NCBI GenBank assembly: GCA_045629765.1
Contig: JAZQRW010000183.1
Span: 1 to 36,072, forward strand
Reading direction: 5' to 3'
Origin: Eubacteriales bacterium
GTDB lineage: Bacteria; Bacillota; Clostridia; Oscillospirales; CAG-272
DNA: 36,072 nt
How positions within the stretch are numbered: the first letter of the stretch is position 1; every line of letters begins with the position of its first letter. This document shows positions 32,412 through 36,072 of this stretch, piece after piece. The notes below the pieces were generated by a model. It worked only from the letters and a program-made list of their open reading frames with translations. It was not told the origin of the DNA and did no database searches. The translations under genes and the position numbers were made by a program.

Positions 32412-34901
32412 TCAGTCCTCAATTTTCTGAAGTTTGGCAAAGGTAGCCATAAGTTTTTTTACCCCCGCCTTATCAAAGTTTACCTCATATAGCACGTCTC
32501 CGCCCATATCACGCGAGGAGAGTATCTCACCATCTCCAAAGATGCCGTGCCTTACTCTTGTTCCAACGATAAACTTCTCAATACCGTAATTTTTAGCTCC
32601 ATCCTCACGTCTTTGTCTTGTGTTATTTAATACATCAGGCGTGCGTCTAAGCTCAGTAAACGAGGCGTTACTAATCTGTTCACGATACCCGTTTTGCTGA
32701 TACGTCCCCCGCCTATCGTACGCTCCGCGCGGCACATCTCTCGATATAAGCTCCGGCGGCACTTCCTCGCGGATAAAGCAGGATAATCTGCCGTAAAGCG
32801 TCCTACCGTACATCATTCTACCGCGAGCGTAGGTGATGTAAAGCTTCTCCTTTGCACGTGTAATTGCAACGTATGCAAGGCGACGTTCCTCACTCATTTC
32901 CTCCGCACTATTTCTGCTTTGCTCAGCAGGAAAAATTCCGTCCTCCATTCCTGCAATAAAAACTACCGGGAATTCGAGTCCTTTCGCAGAATGTACAGTC
33001 ATTAGCACCACCGCATCGGTTTCATCATCGTATTTGTCGAGATCGGAAATAAGGAATACTTCCTCAAGAAATCCTGTAAGCGTTGCCTCACCCTCTTCCT
33101 CGCTTGCTCTCTTCTCATATTCGATAGCCGCGGATATAAATTCGTTGACATTCTCAATCTTTCCTTCGCCCTCAAAGCCCTCGGCCTTCAACATATCCTC
33201 GTATCCTGTGCGTGAAAAAACCTCTTTTATTATCTCAGAAGGGAGCTTGATATTATCTCGTATGTCATCAATAAGACGTGTAAAATCCTGTAGCTTCTGC
33301 ACGTTCTTCGCAAGAATCGGGAATTCATCTGCGCGGCGCATACACTCATACATTGATAGTCCATTCATTTCCGCTAGCTGCTCTACAGCATCAACCGTCG
33401 TGTTTCCTATCTTCCTTTTTGGCTCGTTAACTATTCTCTTAAGTCTGAGATTGTCGCCCTCGTACATTATAATAGATAGGTAGGCAATCATATCCTTGAC
33501 TTCCTTATGGTCGTAGAAGCCGAGATCACCGACAACCTTAAACGGTATGCCACTCTTTGCAAACGAAGTCTGAAGCGTTCTGCCCAACGCATTAACACGG
33601 TATAAAACAGCATAATCGGAGTATTTTCTATTTTCTTTATAAATATCCTTGGTAATCCTATCGACGATGTATTTACCCTCGTCGTTCTGGTCATACGCCT
33701 CCTTGAGAATTATTTTCTCTCCGTCACCCTTGTCACACCAAAGTCGCTTGGAGTGTCGTCTATCGTTGTTTCGAATGACGGCGTTGGCACACGCAAGGAT
33801 ATTACCGGTGGAGCGATAATTCTGCTCAAGCTTGATTACCGCTGCATCGGGATACGTCTTATCAAAATTCAGAATATTATCAATAGTTGCTCCACGGAAA
33901 CGGTATATACTCTGGTCATCATCACCGACAACCATAATATTTCGTCTTTTATCGGATATGATTTTCGTCAGCATAAACTGTGCGTAATTAGTATCCTGAT
34001 ACTCGTCAATAAGCACGTATCTGAATTTATTTTGGTAATACTCGCGTACATCGTCATTATTCTGCAGTAATTCAACGGTACGCATAATTATATCATCAAA
34101 GTCAAGCGCATTATTCGACATCATCTTTTTCTCATAAAGAGAATAGATTTTCTTTATATCCCTCGTGCGCGGGTCTGAGGTAACCTCATATTCATCACAA
34201 TCCACCAACGAATCCTTAGCCATACTGATAGCATTTGCGACAGCCTTTGGTGCAAGGCGCTTCTCGTCAATATCAAGATCCTTCATACACGCCTTTAGCA
34301 TTCTTTGCTTATCATCGGTATCGTATATGGAAAAGCCCTCGCGATAGCCAAGTCTATCTGCGTATCTGCGTAAAATTCTTAAGCAAATGGAATGGAAGGT
34401 ACCCGCCCAAACCGAGCTTGCAAGGTCCTTATCATCAAATGTGGAAATAAGTCTTGCCTTTATCTCATTTGCCGCCTTATTGGTAAAGGTTATAGCCAAT
34501 ATCGCATAAGGTGGACAAGGATTACTTGCAAACTGCGGCAGCATATCAGCTATATCCGACGGCGACATGTCCTTAGCAAGCTTCAAGGCGCTTACCGTAT
34601 CATCGTCGACACCGTAAGGAATTTCATCTGTAAAATAAGCGTCACCATACTTTATCAAATATACTATTCTATTTACAAGCACGGTAGTTTTACCACTGCC
34701 CGCGCCGGCAAGACACAAAAGTGGGCCATTTGCCGTAAATACTGCCCTCCTCTGCTCAGGATTGAGAAACTCCGCATATACCTTGTCAAACAACGCACGC
34801 TTTACCGACAAAAACTCTCTCTCGTGATTGCTAAGCGCGCGATTGTTTACCGTGCTATCAAAGCCGTTATCCATGTAATCAGATGTATTATTATCAAGCA
34901 T
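32412..34901 (-). CDS. pcrA: ATP-dependent DNA helicase PcrA (UvrD/Rep superfamily 1)
   Basis: LNPEQRRAV, GAGSGKTTVLVNRI (Walker A), TFTNKAA, VLIDEYQDTN, VVGDDDQSIYRFRGA, LEQNYRS, VLYR.N, TVHSAKGLEF and AYVAITRAK. C-terminal Tudor-like tail GTRVRHGIFGDGEI. Confidence 0.9.
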   Translation of the reverse strand: MLDNNTSDYMDNGFDSTVNNRALSNHEREFLSVKRALFDKVYAEFLNPEQRRAVFTANGPLLCLAGAGSGKTTVLVNRIVYLIKYGDAYFTDEIPYGVDDDTVSALKLAKDMSPSDIADMLPQFASNPCPPYAILAITFTNKAANEIKARLISTFDDKDLASSVWAGTFHSICLRILRRYADRLGYREGFSIYDTDDKQRMLKACMKDLDIDEKRLAPKAVANAISMAKDSLVDCDEYEVTSDPRTRDIKKIYSLYEKKMMSNNALDFDDIIMRTVELLQNNDDVREYYQNKFRYVLIDEYQDTNYAQFMLTKIISDKRRNIMVVGDDDQSIYRFRGATIDNILNFDKTYPDAAVIKLEQNYRSTGNILACANAVIRNNDRRHSKRLWCDKGDGEKIILKEAYDQNDEGKYIVDRITKDIYKENRKYSDYAVLYRVNALGRTLQTSFAKSGIPFKVVGDLGFYDHKEVKDMIAYLSIIMYEGDNLRLKRIVNEPKRKIGNTTVDAVEQLAEMNGLSMYECMRRADEFPILAKNVQKLQDFTRLIDDIRDNIKLPSEIIKEVFSRTGYEDMLKAEGFEGEGKIENVNEFISAAIEYEKRASEEEGEATLTGFLEEVFLISDLDKYDDETDAVVLMTVHSAKGLEFPVVFIAGMEDGIFPAEQSRNSAEEMSEERRLAYVAITRAKEKLYITYARGRMMYGRTLYGRLSCFIREEVPPELISRDVPRGAYDRRGTYQQNGYREQISNASFTELRRTPDVLNNTRQRREDGAKNYGIEKFIVGTRVRHGIFGDGEILSSRDMGGDVLYEVNFDKAGVKKLMATFAKLQKIED

Positions 34902-35125
34902 TTTACGCTTAGCTCCTTTGTTTTCTACGGTTTAATCAAATTCATTTTAAATGAAAGTTTTTGTGCATTTTGAGTTGCAATTTTGGTTTTCGTAAATTCT
35001 TAGAATGTTTTTTCAAAAATACGACGAGAAAATTTTGTTTTATCATCTTGGAATATTTGATTTCGTTGGTGAAATATTACCATTTTCCCTTTTGTCAATA
35101 AATGGCAAATAATGTGTTTTTGGAG

Positions 35126-35248
35126 TTTTCCACATTTTTTAGTGTGGATAATGTGGAAAACTTTTTGGGAAATAATCACCGACACACAAGGATTTCATAT
35201 TTAATCCCCATAAAACCCACAAGTTTTCCACATTTTCCGTGTGGAAAA
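35126..35248. promoter_or_regulatory. Cluster of five DnaA boxes (one perfect TTATCCACA, four TTTTCCACA) in two convergent groups upstream of pcrA
   Basis: TTTTCCACA at 35126-35134. TGTGGATAA at 35143-35151 (TTATCCACA on the - strand). TGTGGAAAA at 35152-35160. TTTTCCACA at 35224-35232. TGTGGAAAA at 35240-35248. Confidence 0.6.
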
Positions 35249-35418
35249 CTCTCTCGCTCATACTTTTATAAGAAAATTACACTTTTCCGTGTTTGAAATA
35301 ATTTACACCTCAAAAGTGCTTTTTCTCACTTTTACGACTTTCAAAAATCTGCCCTTGTTTTTTTAATATTTTGCTTCGTAAAAATTGCGAACGAATTGCA
35401 TATTTGCATTTTTATGCA

Positions 35419-36072
35419 CTATTTTCTACCCTTTTTATAGCTTTTTGAGCGGCTATCCGCATTCTTATTAGGGTTTGCATTCTTTCCGGTGCGACTCTCA
35501 TCAGTCAGTCTTCCCGCCTCGATGCGAATGCGCCTTGCCTCATCTCCAAAAACTCTTTCAAGCTTAGAGAGCTTTGGCGCACGGCTATCGAGTATGGGTT
35601 GATAGAATTTATCACTCTTTTTAGACTGTGAACGGGAATTTTTCACCTTATCACGAACCTTGTATTCATTCTTGCCAATTTTATTCTTTGCGCTCTTTTG
35701 AGGTTTGCCGCTCTTTGCGCGCTTTACGTACTGTCCTGCTCCTGCCGCACCTGTAAATGCCGGACGTACAAGACACTCGGGAGAGTTTCCTATCAAATCC
35801 TCGCGTCCCGCAAGCTTCAACGCCTCTCTTATAAGGTTTGCATTCTCGGGGCGCGAATATTGCAAGAGGGCTCGTTGCATCTGCTTTTCGTGATAATCGG
35901 TTGTAACGTAAACCGACTTACCCGTCATAGGGTTAATACCCGTATAATACATTACGGTAGAGATTGTACCCGGAGTTGGATAAAAGTCCTGTACCTGCTC
36001 CGGAGAGTATCCCCACTGCTTAAGCCAAAGCGCCATATCAACAGCATCATTCAAGTCGGAGGCCAAGCGGTC
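35419..36072 (-). CDS. YgiQ-family radical SAM protein, C-terminal part (5' end outside the window) with a long Lys/Arg-rich tail
   Basis: [57 protein letters not shown] resembles the YgiQ C-terminal (DUF3362-type) region. The frame is open to the window edge. Confidence 0.75.
   Translation of the reverse strand, partial: DRLASDLNDAVDMALWLKQWGYSPEQVQDFYPTPGTISTVMYYTGINPMTGKSVYVTTDYHEKQMQRALLQYSRPENANLIREALKLAGREDLIGNSPECLVRPAFTGAAGAGQYVKRAKSGKPQKSAKNKIGKNEYKVRDKVKNSRSQSKKSDKFYQPILDSRAPKLSKLERVFGDEARRIRIEAGRLTDESRTGKNANPNKNADSRSKSYKKGRK

Noticed and set aside
35000-35296. Small ORFs 35000..35185 (-) and 35102..35296 (+)
   Set aside because: They lie in AT-rich non-coding DNA that is dominated by DnaA-box repeats. 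They have no RBS, and their translations are repeat-driven (FSTFFSVDNVENF...).
34902-35418. Calling this region the chromosomal replication origin (oriC)
   Set aside because: Canonical Firmicute oriC flanks dnaA/dnaN, neither of which is in the window. I could not identify DnaA-trio repeats, and gene orientation in the window shows no strand switch. I therefore report it only as a DnaA-box cluster that needs testing.
1-36072. Search for mobile elements, prophage, CRISPR-Cas, restriction-modification, toxin-antitoxin or other defence modules, and for tRNA/rRNA genes
   Set aside because: No ORF shows transposase, integrase, recombinase, Cas, methylase/nuclease or phage structural motifs. No intergenic region has tRNA-like or rRNA-like sequence. 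The only repeat arrays are intragenic or are the small sigG 3' duplication.

Overview
This window looks like a chromosomal segment from an endospore-forming Firmicute. The Clostridia-like gene content includes sigG, a SleB-type cortex hydrolase, a SpoIVB remnant, YlmH, PcrA, TrmK/Nif3 and RF2. I support about 30 protein genes, and I saw no rRNA, tRNA, CRISPR array, transposase, integrase or recognisable defence or toxin-antitoxin module. From left to right the content is as follows. (1) The left part of a sugar or sugar-acid locus on the + strand: an enolase-superfamily dehydratase (truncated by the window edge), a signal-less GH16, an SDR, a 69-codon FAD-binding stub and an M14-like protein. 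(2) A decayed spoIVB 3' remnant with an in-frame TAG. (3) Two adjacent, paralogous, very large lipoproteins on the - strand (1105 and 852 aa). Each combines an apparently unassigned Cys/His-rich repeat array with BspA-type leucine-rich repeats, and one carries a 12-bp (GENP)n tandem repeat. (4) A PHP phosphoesterase, an FGGY kinase and a DgoK-family kinase on the + strand. (5) A stand-alone sigG with a duplicated, structured 3' region, divergent from a SleB-family gene. (6) A phosphoribosyltransferase. (7) A 1204-aa secreted protein built from three copies of a LamG-like module plus an about 80-aa module, with no assignable function. (8) Housekeeping genes: nif3, trmK, DUF1858, a prfB that needs no frameshift, an M16 peptidase, an acyl-CoA ligase, an RsmB/F-type methyltransferase, a parvulin PPIase, ylmH and an MFS transporter. 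(9) A tightly packed pcrA-HAD-lipoprotein unit preceded by a dense cluster of DnaA boxes, followed by the 3' end of a YgiQ radical-SAM gene. The items most worth follow-up are the LRR lipoprotein pair with its Cys3-His repeats, the triple-module secreted protein, the non-oriC-context DnaA-box cluster and the spoIVB remnant. All family assignments come from motif recognition by eye and none from database searches.
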